64,000 bases of DNA from an uncultured Planctomycetia bacterium (GCA_963824275.1 CAWGOT010000001.1:300499-364498), one strand, 5' to 3'. Shown: positions 19,761 through 31,062, counted from the stretch's first letter. Notes: generated by a model from the sequence alone, not told the origin. Program-made: numbers and translations.

Positions 19761-21839
19761 GTGCGTCAATCGCGCGAAGCCTTGACAAGCCCCTGTTTTC
19801 GGGTGCGGGCTTGTTGGAGGCGCGCGTCGCACTGGCAGTTGCGTTGGCCGCAGTTGCTGGGTTTTCTGGCAATCGCGATCGTTCACTGCGGTCTTGTTGC
19901 CTCGCTGCCTGGCGAGACAGCCCCACGCTGGACGAGGTCGGCCACCTTTCTGCCGGCCTCAGCCACTGGCGGTTCGCACGGTTCGAGTTGTACGCGGTCA
20001 ACCCACCGCTTGTGCGATCGATCGCAGCCATTCCGCTGGCGGTTGGCGGGGTTGATATGCCGTGGAGAAGGCTCGATTTCAGCCCCAATTCGCGTAGTGA
20101 GTGCTACGTCGGGGAGGATTTCGTAAAAGCTGACGCGAGGAGAGCCGTGCTCTGGTTGACCGTCGCCCGTTGGTTTTGTCTTTCCTTCACACTTTTGGGC
20201 AGCTATATATGTTTTCGCTGGGCCAGCGAGTTGTTCGGATGTGCGGCGGGATTTGTCGCGTTGACGCTATGGTGCTTTTCACCCACGGTTCTGGCCTATG
20301 GACACCTTATCACACCCGACGCGGGCGCCGCGGCCACCGGCGTATCGGCCGCGTACGGGCTCTGGCGGTGGCTCGAGACGCCAACCTGGGGACGGGCGTT
20401 TGGGGCCGGATTGCTGCTTGGCCTAGCCGAATTGACCAAGACAACCTGGATGGCGCTGTTCCCACTCTGGGTCGCGGTTTGGATCGTTTGGCGGCGCGTG
20501 GAGCGGAAGAAGCGCTCACCCCCGGCCCCTCTTCCGGAGGGAGACGGGAGCATGGTCTCGCGCTTCCGCCGATCTCCCAAAGTCCAACGGAAGTCCGATG
20601 CGCCGCGAGGCTCTGCAAATCATTTCGATTATTGGAGTCGCGGTCTGGATGATCAATCTCGGTTACGGCTTCGAGGGTTCGTTACAACCATTGGGCGAAT
20701 ATCAATTCGTAAGTCGAACTCTGCGGGGGCCAGACGAAAGCGCGGAGGACCTAACGCACGAGGTCGGCAACCGTTTCGCGGCATCTCGGCTCGGATCGAT
20801 TCCGATGCCGCTGCCGATGAATTATTTGGTCGGCATAGATCTGCAAAAACGCGACTTTGAAGAGAAGATGTGGTCGTACCTTAACGGCGAGTGGCGGTTT
20901 GGCGGCTGGTGGTATTATTACCTCTACGCACTGGCGATCAAGGAACCGCTGGGGACTTGGCTGCTGGTGGCGTTGGCCGTTGGGGTCACGGTGTCGGACA
21001 TGCGCAAGAGAAGGCCCGCACCGCCTTCCCCGCTCCCAGAAGGACACGGGAGCATCGCGTCTGCCGCTGGCTTCGTCCCGCAGATCGATGAGACCGTGTC
21101 CTCACACCTCGCCCCACCCCCGGAAGGAGATGGGAGCATGCTGTTGCCCCCGGCGCATCGCGCGAAGGGAGAAAAGAAGTGCTTTCCCGCCTCTTGGCGG
21201 GATGAACTGGTCCTGCTGGCGCCGGCGGTCGCAGTTCTCGTGCTGGTGAGTTCGCAGACCGGATTCAATCACCATGTCCGTTACGTCCTGCCGGCGATAC
21301 CATTCCTTTTCATCTGGGCAAGCAAGGCCGCGCGATCACTTGAGTTGCGGCAATGGAAGATTGCGTCCGTCGCGGGCGCGGCGCTCACCTGGTCCGTCGT
21401 CAGCAGCCTCTCGGTCTTCCCTCACAGTCTTTCGTATTTCAACGAGTTGGCGGGCGGACCACTCGGCGGACACTATCACTTGGGCAACAGCAACACAGAT
21501 TGGGGCCAGGACCTCTTCTACTTGAAGCAGTGGATCGACATGCACCCCGAGGCGCGGCCGCTGAAGCTCGCTTACGACATGCCTTTCGTCAATCCCAACA
21601 CCGTGGGAATCGACGATATTGGCAAGCCGCCGGTCGATGGCCCCCAACCCGGCTGGCACGCCGTGAGCGTCAACCAAATCCATCGCCGGGAAGGGGACTA
21701 TCTTTACTTCCTGCAGTTTCAGCCTGTTGGCATGGCGGGATACTCGATCTACATCTACCACATTACGCCGGAGGAGGCCGAACGCGTGCGACAGAAGTTG
21801 GGGCTGCCGCCGCTGGCGGAGATACGTAAAGATGGATGA
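19761..21839 (+). CDS. GT-C fold membrane glycosyltransferase, GT39/ArnT/PMT_2-like (#2), with frame shifts at about 19921-19924 (C run) and about 20593
   Basis: The true N-terminus is in the frame of ORF 19761 (GTG start). Its LRWPQLLGFLAIAIVHCGLVASLPGETAP aligns with WRWPLLLIVLGVSLGLAGS of paralogue #1. The DE motif TLDEVGHLSAG follows. The C-terminus reads HLGNSNTDWGQDLFYLKQW...YSIYIYHI. Confidence 0.65.
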
Positions 21840-22690
21840 AAAAACCACGCCCCTCGCAATTTCCTGCGCCGTTGCGCAAACGTCCGACGTGGTCGAACCG
21901 GCACAGAGGCCGATCCCTACAGATGCGGTGCGCTGCAGGAGACGCCCTCTGCAGCGCTCCTGTTCTGGTGCTGGAACGCCGGTACTGACGGTAATCGTGC
22001 CCGTTTACAACGAGGTTAGCACCGCCGTCGAGTTGCTCCATCGCGTCTTGGCCGCGCCTTATGCCAAACAAGTCATCGTTGTTGACGACGGCTCGACGGA
22101 TGGGACGGCGGAAGTGCTTCTGGCTTGGCCCGACTGTTCTGCGGTCGAACTCGTGCGGCACGAGACGAACCGGGGCAAGGGCGCGGCCATTCGCACCGCC
22201 TTGCAACATGCGCGGGCAGTTTACCATCATTCAGGATGGCGATCTGGAATACGATCCGCAGGATTATCCGCGGCTGGTGCAGCCGCTTTTGTCGGGCGAG
22301 GCGCAGGTGGTTTACGGATCGAGATACTTTCCCAGAGCCGCGGAAGACCGCCTAGAGGCGGGGCTACGAGCGCCGTGCTGGACGCTGTTCCGTTCGGGCG
22401 TCGCCGCGATCAACCTGGTCGTGCGGCTTCTTTATGGAGCACGGCTTACCGACGAGGCGACCTGCTACAAGGCATTTCCGACGGAAGTGCTGCGGAACAT
22501 GGACCTGGCGTGCGAGCGGTTTGAATTCTGCCCCGAGGTCACTGCCAAGGCGCTGCGGGTGGGACTCGAAATCACCGAAGTACCCATTTCCTATAACGCT
22601 CGGGACAGGCAATCCGGCAAGAAGATCCGCTGGACGGACGGCCTGGCGGCGATCCGCACGCTTTGGAAATGGCGGAAGTGGCGTCCTGTA
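21832..22690 (+). CDS. GT2 glycosyltransferase, DPM1/GtrB/ArnC-like (#1), with a frame shift at about 22213-22216; the 3' end is uncertain
   Basis: The ATG overlaps the upstream stop (ATGGATGA). Motifs are LTVIVPVYNE, VIVVDDGSTDGT, IIQDGDLEYDP and SYNARDRQSGKKI. No in-frame stop occurs before the next GT2 gene. An out-of-frame TAG at 22688-22690 sits at the edge of a family K repeat. Confidence 0.75.
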
Positions 22691-22714
22691 GGAAATGCTT
22701 GCGACCTGCCACGC

Positions 22715-22737
22715 GACAGGTTAAAAACCTATCCTAC
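22715..22737. repeat. Family K element (GTAGGATAGGTTTTTAACCTGTC), reverse orientation
   Basis: GACAGGTTAAAAACCTATCCTAC lies here. Forward copies occur at 52963-52985 (at the polA stop) and 56919-56941 (9 nt after the rho stop). Confidence 0.8.
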
Positions 22738-22783
22738 AAGGCGCGAAATGGCCGTCACGTCCCGACTGGATGGAGGCCAAGCC

Positions 22784-23585
22784 ATGGCTACAAACAAAGA
22801 CATTGCTTTGGACCTCGTGCTCCCGGTCTACAACGAGGTTTCCGTGCTGAGGACCGCGGTCGATTCGGTGTCCGAGGCCATGATCGACGAGCCATACGCG
22901 TGGCGGATCATCGTGGCCGACAACGGCTCGACCGACGGGACCACCGCCCTGGCGGAAGAACTGTCGCGCACGAGCGCTCGCGTTCGATGTCTACACATCG
23001 AGGCCAAGGGGAGGGGCCGCGCATTGCGAAAAGCCTGGACCGAGACCGAGGCCGAGTTTTCGCTCTACATGGACGTCGATCTCTCGACCGACCTCGGCGC
23101 GATCCCCAAGGCAGTGCGTCTCCTGCGGGAGGGCGCGGAACATCGTCGCCGGTTCGCGGCTGAGCCGCGAATCCCGCACCACCCGCTCGCTCAGGCGCGA
23201 GATCCTCTCCCGCGGCTACAATCGATTGGTCCGCGCCGCGCTCGGGACCCGCAGTTTCAACGACGGCCAATGCGGCTTCAAGGGGATCTGCGTCAAGACG
23301 GTCCGCCCGCTGTTGGCGCTGGTGCGGAACCAAGATTGGTTTTTCGACACGGAGTTGCTCGTCCTGGCCGAATACGCCGGTTTGTCGGTCCGCTCTCTAC
23401 CGGTGATCTGGGTCGACGATCCGAACAGCAAGGTAAATCTACCCGCGACGATATGGCAGGAGTTGCGAGGCGTCGTGCGGCTGTGGTGGACCGCCAGGCG
23501 GCTGGCGGACGACTGGAAAAGGGGCCCAAACGGCAGCGTCGCCGCGGCCGGCCCGGAGCAGGTCGGCAGGGCGTTTACGGTTTGA
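22784..23585 (+). CDS. GT2 glycosyltransferase, DPM1/GtrB-like (#2), with a frame shift at about 23137
   Basis: GGAGG lies 8 nt upstream of ATG 22784. Motifs are LVLPVYNE, IIVADNGSTDGT and YMDVDLSTD. After the shift the reading continues IVAGSRLS...FNDGQCGFKG...WFFDTELLVLAEYAG. Confidence 0.8.
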
Positions 23586-23629
23586 ATGAACAATTGGGGG
23601 GACCGAATAGATATGGACGAGCGACCGCG

Positions 23630-23689
23630 CTGGAGTCCCGCCTTTAGGCGGAATTACTGCGGCAATTCCGCCTAAAGGCGGGACTCCAG
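23630..23689 (+). terminator. Family J palindrome followed by GTTTTG; candidate terminator of the glycosyltransferase operon
   Basis: CTGGAGTCCCGCCTTTAGGCGGAATT pairs with AATTCCGCCTAAAGGCGGGACTCCAG and is followed by caggcGTTTTG. It lies 45 nt downstream of the GT2 #2 stop. Confidence 0.45.
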
Positions 23690-23736
23690 CAGGCGTTTTG
23701 CGAAGTCCGCACCTAACGGAAGAGCCATAAATAACC

Positions 23737-23792
23737 GTACTCATCACGCTCCGCCGTGATGAAAGACCATCACGGCGGAGCGTGATGAGTAC
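23737..23792. repeat. Family I palindrome (25-nt arms, 6-nt loop)
   Basis: GTACTCATCACGCTCCGCCGTGATG, loop aaagac, then CATCACGGCGGAGCGTGATGAGTAC. Confidence 0.9.
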
Positions 23793-23905
23793 GTGTATGG
23801 AATAGCGGCCACCGCCCGTGGTACAATAGCAGAAGTCAGCCGGACGAGAACCACAATGCAGCCTGAAGCCCCAATCCGACAGCAGCGGCCGTCGCAAATA
23901 GCCCA

Positions 23906-25109
23906 TTGCGATGCGGGCTGATCGCGTACTTCATGAGCACGGCGATCGTCCTGGGCGGCGTTGGCTTGGGCCTGACACTGCTTGCGCCTTGCAACCCGGA
24001 GCATTCGCCTCGCCGCGCCGTCGGCACCGGCGTTCCCTTCTGGGACGTTTTCAATGAATGGGACGGCCAATGGTACGTTCAGATCGCCCGCCACGGTTAT
24101 TCGTACGATCCGGAGCGGATGTCGGCGGTGGCCTTTTTTCCGCTCTATCCGTTTCTGGGGCGAGTGTTGACGAAGGTAACCGGCCTGGACGAGTCGTTTT
24201 CGCTGCTGCTGGTTTCGCACGCGGCCCTGGTGGGCGTCTTCATCCTCCTGGGAATGTACGCGCAAGAGCGCTACCCGCAGTCACCCCGCGGGCTGGCGGT
24301 GTTTGTCGTCCTGGCGTTCGCACTTTATCCAGTGTTGTTCTTTGCCCGCATGGTCTACACCGAGTCGCTGTTCCTGCTGCTCTCGGTGCTGGCGCTCTAC
24401 GCCATGGAGCGGAAGTGGTCCTTGGCGGTCATCGTGCCGGTGATCGCGCTGGCCACGGCCACCAGGCCGGTTGGCGTCGCGCTGGTGGCGCCGCTATTGC
24501 TGCACCTCTGGGCGGAGCGGACGTTCGGCCTGGCAGGCGGCCGGAAGGGCGCTGTGCCTGACGCCGCTGGCGCTGGCCGGACTCGGCCTTTATGCCGCGC
24601 TGCAGTGGACGTGGTTCGGCGAGCCGTTGGCGTTCGCCAAGACCCAGCAATACTGGCAAAGGCGGCCGCCCTTCTCCGCCGCCGACAAGGCGCTGGCCCT
24701 GGCCAGCCTGGAGCCGATCTGGGCTTCGTACGACAAGAGCGATCGTTACGGATATTGGCTCCGCGACGACGAGCCCGACAGCCCTGCGGTCAGCCTCCGC
24801 TTCGCCAACCCGATCTACTTCGTACTGGCGCTGGCGCTGATCACTAGCGGGGAACTGATGGGCTGGCTTTCGTTGAACGAGACCGTGTTCGGATTCGCGG
24901 TGCTGGCGATCCCCTATCTCGCCAACAGTTACGAGCAAGGCATGCAGAGCCAGGCGCGGTACTCCGCGGTCGCGTTTCCAATTTACCTGGTGATCGGGCA
25001 GATCCTCGTCCGCCTGCCCAGAGCCCTGGCGTTCGGGATTTTGGCGGCAAGCGGGGTGTTCCTCGGCGTGTACTCGGCGATGTTCGCCGCGGAGTATGTA
25101 TTCATTTAG
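23906..25109 (+). CDS. GT-C fold membrane glycosyltransferase, PIG-V/GT76-like, with a frame shift at about 24510-24525
   Basis: FNEWDGQWYVQIARHGY resembles the PIG-V-type WD..WY..IA..GY motif. The protein is polytopic. Its C-terminal half is in the frame of ORF 24471-25109. The start is uncertain (TTG 23906 or ATG 23933). Confidence 0.55.
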
Positions 25110-25133
25110 AGGCTTCGATCGGGAGAGGTTCCC

Positions 25134-25637
25134 ATGATGCTCTATGCTTCGCGCGCTCGTAACCGGCACCAACCCGAAGCGTCAGCGAGGAACGTAAGTT
25201 GTGTCCTCGCTTACGCTTCGGGTTGGTTTGAATCGTGGCACTTCCGCCCGCGCAAGCTGCGCGACCCGCGTGCCGCAGGGCGATCGTCCGTTGTCCGCTT
25301 TCTCGCAATTATCGGGCTGGGCGCCGTTGTCATGACGCTGGCCGGGTGCGGCCAGGGCTCGAAAAGCCGGTTGAAGGACTTCAGCCCCGCGGGGACCTGG
25401 ACGTTCAAGAATAGCCAGTTCGTGTTCGAGGAAGACGGCCACTTTCGCCGGGAAGTGCTTGGGCCGAACCCCGAGCAATATGCCTGGAAAGGCGAGTGGC
25501 GGCGGGAGGGCGACACGATCCGCGCCAAGTATACCGAAGCCAAGAACGACGTGGGGGAAGAGGTCGCCTTCGAAATTCGCGACGAGAACTTCATGCTGGC
25601 CCCCGATTGGGGGCTTTTTCAACGCGCCAAGAAGTAA
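25134..25637 (+). CDS. Lipoprotein (hypothetical); the start is uncertain
   Basis: The signal and lipobox are FLAIIGLGAVVMTLAGC, followed by a soluble domain of about 100 aa. The annotated N-terminal 50 codons overlap a family L palindrome, so the true start is probably internal or hidden by an indel. Confidence 0.55.
   Translation: MMLYASRARNRHQPEASARNVSCVLAYASGWFESWHFRPRKLRDPRAAGRSSVVRFLAIIGLGAVVMTLAGCGQGSKSRLKDFSPAGTWTFKNSQFVFEEDGHFRREVLGPNPEQYAWKGEWRREGDTIRAKYTEAKNDVGEEVAFEIRDENFMLAPDWGLFQRAKK
25168..25225. repeat. Family L palindrome (CAACCCGAAGCGTCAGCGAGGA arms)
   Basis: CCAACCCGAAGCGTCAGCGAGGAAC (25168-25192) pairs with GTCCTCGCTTACGCTTCGGGTTGG (25202-25225). A half-copy, CCTCGCTTGCGCTTCGGG, lies near 26938-26955. 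Confidence 0.8.
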
Positions 25638-25652
25638 ACGGGAGGACGAGCG

Positions 25653-26574
25653 ATGACCATGCCCAGACGCCGCCGAGCCGCATTCACCCTCGTGGAGTTG
25701 CTGGTGGTGATCGCGATCATCGGGATCTTGATCGGGCTTTTGATCCCGGCCGTGCAGTCAGCGAGGGAATCGGCACGCAGGGTCTCCTGCCAGAACAACC
25801 TGCACCAGATCGCGATTGCCACGCACCAGTTCTGCGGTGCGCAAGGGCATTATCCGCCGGGGCAATGCGGCATGCACATCGGCTGGCGGGCCCACACCAG
25901 GGGCTGGAGTTGGCTGGCGCAAATCCTCCCCTATTGCGAGGAAAACGAGATCTACCAGCAAGGCGGCATCCCCTTCAAGACCCTGGCCGCCAGCGGCGTC
26001 ATGGACCGCCAGATCAAGACCTTTCTCTGCCCTAGCGATCCGACCAGCGCCGCCGGCCCTAAGACCGACGCGGGCCATTTCGAAGGGATCGCCGTCGGGC
26101 AGACCAACTACAAGGGCTGCAGCGGCGCGAATTGGGGCGCGGACGCCACGCAGCACACCTTGGACATCGGCACCGAGTTCCCCAATCCGGGCACGAACGG
26201 GTCGGCCGACGGAATGAACGACGGCGACGGCATTCTCTGGCGGTGTGAACGTCTTGTACCATCTCAACGAGAGAAACGTGACCGACGGCCTGAGCCATAC
26301 CTTCCTGGCCGGCGAGGTCCTGCCGGCCAAGGACACCTGGACGTGCTGGCCTTATGCGAACGACGCCTACGCGACGTGCGCGATACCGCCCAACTTCACG
26401 TACCAAGATCCGAATTGGTGGCCCAACACGCATTCCTTCCGCAGCATGCATCCGGCGGGGCTGAATTTCAGCATGGCCGACGGCGCGATTCGCTTCGTCT
26501 CGGAGGACATCGACCTGACGCTCTACCGGGCGCTGGCCACCCGCGCCGGGGGGGAACTGGTGGGCGATTTTTGA
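25653..26574 (+). CDS. DUF1559 protein with a prepilin-type N-terminal methylation motif, with a frame shift at about 26240-26243
   Basis: [47 protein letters not shown] is the canonical planctomycete DUF1559 N-terminus. The C-terminus, [22 protein letters not shown], is in the frame of ORF 26245-26574. Confidence 0.9.
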
Positions 26575-26959
26575 GAGGCAAGTATAGCCGATCAGTCATC
26601 TTTCCACCGACGTGCGGTCGCGTGGGACGTTTACGCGAATTTTTTGAACTTATCCATGTGGGTGGTGGGGTATGGGTGAATCATTTGGTTTCAAAGTTTG
26701 AATACAGAATACAGAGCGAGCAGGGTTAATCCGGCCGAGGCCGCGTCGCCCCCCAAAAAACAACCGTAAAAAACGCCGCGAGTTTCCCGCCGCGTTCCAG
26801 TTTGTTTCAAAAGACGAGCGAAGGCCCTGGAAAATCCACCAACCGGCGTGACCGTTTTTTTAAACCCCGGCCCGAACGAGCCCCGGTAATTCAAGGAAAA
26901 TCCTCCTCCATCGTGGGATTGGCCGGACGGCACCCAGCCTCGCTTGCGCTTCGGGCTCA

Positions 26960-28336
<1,377 letters not shown>

Positions 28337-28396
28337 CTAAAAGCGAGTATTTTCCTCGATTCGCCAGCGATTGGCTAGCGGGGGAGGAGGAAAAAA

Positions 28397-28428
28397 GGAT
28401 GAAGGATGAGGGATGAAGGATGAAGGAT
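28397..28428. repeat. Heptamer tandem repeat GGATGA[AG] (4.5 units)
   Basis: GGATGAAGGATGAGGGATGAAGGATGAAGGAT lies in the eno/psd divergent spacer. It belongs to the same family as 35061-35133. Confidence 0.85.
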
Positions 28429-28511
28429 TAACCGAGTTGATTTACCCACCCTTCCTCCTTCCGCCATCGGCCTAAGTGGGGTATTATGGGGGGAGTGCAT
28501 GGATTTGAATC

Positions 28512-29504
28512 ATGAACGACAGCCAAAGTGGACAAAGAATGTCAACCAGGGCCGAGCCCCAGCCGCTGCCGGAAAATATCCGCAGCGTACAGCCGGGGGG
28601 TGGGGTTTGCTATCGGATCGAGCTTGCCTGGGGGCGCTGGCGGCGGTGGCGGTTGAAGCATTTTCGGCCCGGCTATGTGAAGAGAATGGCCCAACTGCGG
28701 CAGGGCGATTGCCAAGGTGCTCCGCACGAGGTCCTCGATCCGCGGGACCTGAAGTATTGTCGCAACGTTTGCAGTTGCTTTTGGGCTCCTGGCGATGACC
28801 CGTTCCGCTGGCGGAGATCCATTCCGCTGGCACCCTGGGGTGCGGCCGAGTTGCTCCTGATGGGCGGGCCCCTCTTGGTACTGATAATTCTCGACGTCGT
28901 TGTGCCACGGCCCTGGGCGTATCCTCCCCTGTCGGCGGCCGTGGTGCTGGGACTGATCGTCTACTTCTTCCGCAATCCGTTCCGCCAGGTTCCGCAGGGG
29001 GCGGGCCTCTTGGTTTCGCCGGCCGATGGCACGATTGCCGAAATTGCCCAGTTGCCGCATGACGATTTTCTAGGCGGTCCAGCCGTACGGATCGGTATCT
29101 TTTTATCGATTTTTAACGTACACTTAAACCGGTCGCCGGCAGCCGCGCGGGTGATCGCCTTGCGTTACACGCCGGGCGAGTTCCTCAACGCGCTGCGGCC
29201 GGAAAGCGCGTTGCGGAACGAGAACATGTGGATTGCGCTGGAAGAAGAGTCGCCGCCGCATCGGCGTCTGGTCGTGCGGCAGATTTCCGGCGCGATCGCC
29301 CGGCGGATCGTTTGCGACTTGCGGCCCGGCGAAGTGGTTCCGCGAGGGCATGTCTTCGGCATGATCAAGCTCGGCTCGCGGACGGAACTGATCGTGCCGG
29401 CGGAGGAAGGACTGGAAGTGAAGGTCTGCGTCGGGCAGAAGGTCAAGGCCGGGGAAACGGTCGTGGCGGAATACAAGGATAAGAACTTAGAACTTAGAAC
29501 TTAG
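28512..29504 (+). CDS. psd: Phosphatidylserine decarboxylase proenzyme with an N-terminal extension of about 110 aa
   Basis: LLVSPADGTIAEI, FLSIFNVHLNRSP and MIKLGSRTELIVP (the G-S self-cleavage site) are present. The last codons (NLELRT*) are encoded by the CTTAGAA heptamer array. Confidence 0.85.
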   Translation: MNDSQSGQRMSTRAEPQPLPENIRSVQPGGGVCYRIELAWGRWRRWRLKHFRPGYVKRMAQLRQGDCQGAPHEVLDPRDLKYCRNVCSCFWAPGDDPFRWRRSIPLAPWGAAELLLMGGPLLVLIILDVVVPRPWAYPPLSAAVVLGLIVYFFRNPFRQVPQGAGLLVSPADGTIAEIAQLPHDDFLGGPAVRIGIFLSIFNVHLNRSPAAARVIALRYTPGEFLNALRPESALRNENMWIALEEESPPHRRLVVRQISGAIARRIVCDLRPGEVVPRGHVFGMIKLGSRTELIVPAEEGLEVKVCVGQKVKAGETVVAEYKDKNLELRT

Positions 29505-29574
29505 TGCTTAGAACGAAGCACTAAGATCTAAGGTCTACGAACTAACCACTAAGAACTAAGCACTACGAACCAAC
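29484..29574. repeat. Heptamer array (13 units); the AACTTAG half is followed by its complement, the CACTAAG half
   Basis: The units read aacttag x3, tgcttag, aacgaag, cactaag, atctaag ... aactaag, cactacg. This self-complementary array spans the psd stop up to 9 nt before pssA. Confidence 0.85.
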
Positions 29575-29582
29575 CCCTTCCC

Positions 29583-30407
29583 ATGCGTCCCATCCGCACG
29601 TTTGCCATTCTGCCAACGATGTTCACCTTGGGGAACCTGGTGTGCGGGTTCTTTGCGATCGTGATCGCGTCGCGGGTGGGAACGCCGACGCCGGAAGGCC
29701 TCAAGGAAACGTTGGCCGTCGATGCCCACAACTGCATGCTGAGCGCCTGGCTGATTTTCCTGGCAATGATCTTCGATTGCCTTGACGGTTATATCGCAAG
29801 GCTTGCGAAATCGGCCAGCGAGTTCGGGGCCGAATTGGACAGTCTTTGCGACATGGTGGCCTTCGGCGTGGCCCCGGCATTTTTGCTCGTAAAGATGTGT
29901 CCCCAGTTCTCGTTTTTCCACAAGGAAGCGGCGTGGGTGATTGCGGCCTCCTATGCGGTTTGCGCATCGCTGCGGCTGGCGCGGTTCAACGTGGAGACCA
30001 GCGACGAGGACGATCACATGAGTTTTCGCGGCCTGCCCAGTCCGGCTGCCGCGGCGAGTGTGGCCGGGTTCGCGATCATGTTCCATACGCTCAGCAAAGT
30101 AGACACTCCAGGGACGTATGCGCAGCAGATCTCTGTCGGCCTGCAGCGGGTGCTGCCGTTTTTCGCCCTGCTGGCTGCCATGTTGATGGTCTCGCGGATT
30201 CCCTATCCCCACGTCGTCAACCAGGTTTTTCGTGGACAGAGGCCGTTGCGTCACCTGGTGGGCATTATCTTCAGTATTGTGGCGGTCATGGTCTTCCGGG
30301 ACTATGCCGTGTCGATCGTTTGCGTGACTTTCGTCCTTTACGGACCCTTGCGGTATCTGTGGGAGAAGGTCGTGCAGCGCCAACATCAGGAAGAAAGTAT
30401 ATTCTGA
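29583..30407 (+). CDS. pssA: CDP-diacylglycerol--serine O-phosphatidyltransferase
   Basis: The CDP-alcohol phosphatidyltransferase motif DCLDGYIARLAKSASEFGAELDSLCDMVAF is present. The protein is polytopic. Confidence 0.9.
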   Translation: MRPIRTFAILPTMFTLGNLVCGFFAIVIASRVGTPTPEGLKETLAVDAHNCMLSAWLIFLAMIFDCLDGYIARLAKSASEFGAELDSLCDMVAFGVAPAFLLVKMCPQFSFFHKEAAWVIAASYAVCASLRLARFNVETSDEDDHMSFRGLPSPAAAASVAGFAIMFHTLSKVDTPGTYAQQISVGLQRVLPFFALLAAMLMVSRIPYPHVVNQVFRGQRPLRHLVGIIFSIVAVMVFRDYAVSIVCVTFVLYGPLRYLWEKVVQRQHQEESIF

Positions 30408-30414
30408 GGAACCT

Positions 30415-31038
30415 ATGTTCTCTGGAATTGTTGAAGCACTCGGAACCGTGAGTGAAATCCGCCCTGAGCCGCCCGGCTGCTGGTTGATGGTTCGCGAACC
30501 CAAGATTGCCGCGGAAACGGCGGTCGCCGATAGCATCTGCGTCAACGGCTGCTGCCTGACCGTGGTGGCGGTGGAAGGCGAGACCTTCGCCTTCCAGGCC
30601 GGGCCGGAGACGCTGGCCCGCACCAACCTGGGCGATTTGCAGCCGGGCAGTCCCGTGAACCTGGAACGGTCGCTGGCCGTCACAGCCGTCATGGGTGCCC
30701 TGGGGCGGCTGGGAGGGCACTTCGTCAGCGGCCACATCGACGGCGTCGGCACGCTCCTGGAGCGGATCGACTCGGGCGACTGGTCCACCTTCTGGTTCTC
30801 CGTGCCGAGGGCGCTGGCCCGCCAGATGGCCTCGAAGGGCTCGATCGCCGTGGACGGCGTGAGCCTGACGATTGTCGGCAGCGAGCCCGACCGTTTCAGC
30901 GTGGCCTTGATCCCCTTCACGCTGGCCGTGACGACGCTTGGCACTCTTGCCGAAGGCGGCAAGGTGAACCTGGAGACCGATATCCTGGCCAAGTACGTAC
31001 AGCGGCTGGTTGAGTCGCAGGAATGGAGCCCGAGTTGA
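30415..31038 (+). CDS. ribE: Riboflavin synthase (alpha chain)
   Basis: MFSGIVEALGTV..., SICVNGCCLTV and the duplicated lumazine-binding half SIAVDGVSLTIV are present. Confidence 0.9.
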   Translation: MFSGIVEALGTVSEIRPEPPGCWLMVREPKIAAETAVADSICVNGCCLTVVAVEGETFAFQAGPETLARTNLGDLQPGSPVNLERSLAVTAVMGALGRLGGHFVSGHIDGVGTLLERIDSGDWSTFWFSVPRALARQMASKGSIAVDGVSLTIVGSEPDRFSVALIPFTLAVTTLGTLAEGGKVNLETDILAKYVQRLVESQEWSPS

Positions 31039-31062
31039 AGGCGGACGACCAAGGGTGGGGAG

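Noticed and set aside
25134-25290. The first ~50 codons of the 25134-25637 lipoprotein ORF as genuine coding sequence.
   Set aside because: This stretch is a family L palindrome. It would give a 70-residue pre-lipobox leader. I could not find an in-frame alternative start, so the start is left flagged as uncertain.
28826-28845. Sigma-54 promoter candidates (TGGCAC-N5-TTGC) that might be driven by the NtrC-family regulator. TGGCAC occurs at about 25237, 28826 and 30952.
   Set aside because: None has the downstream TTGC[AT] element at the correct spacing, and most lie inside coding sequence.
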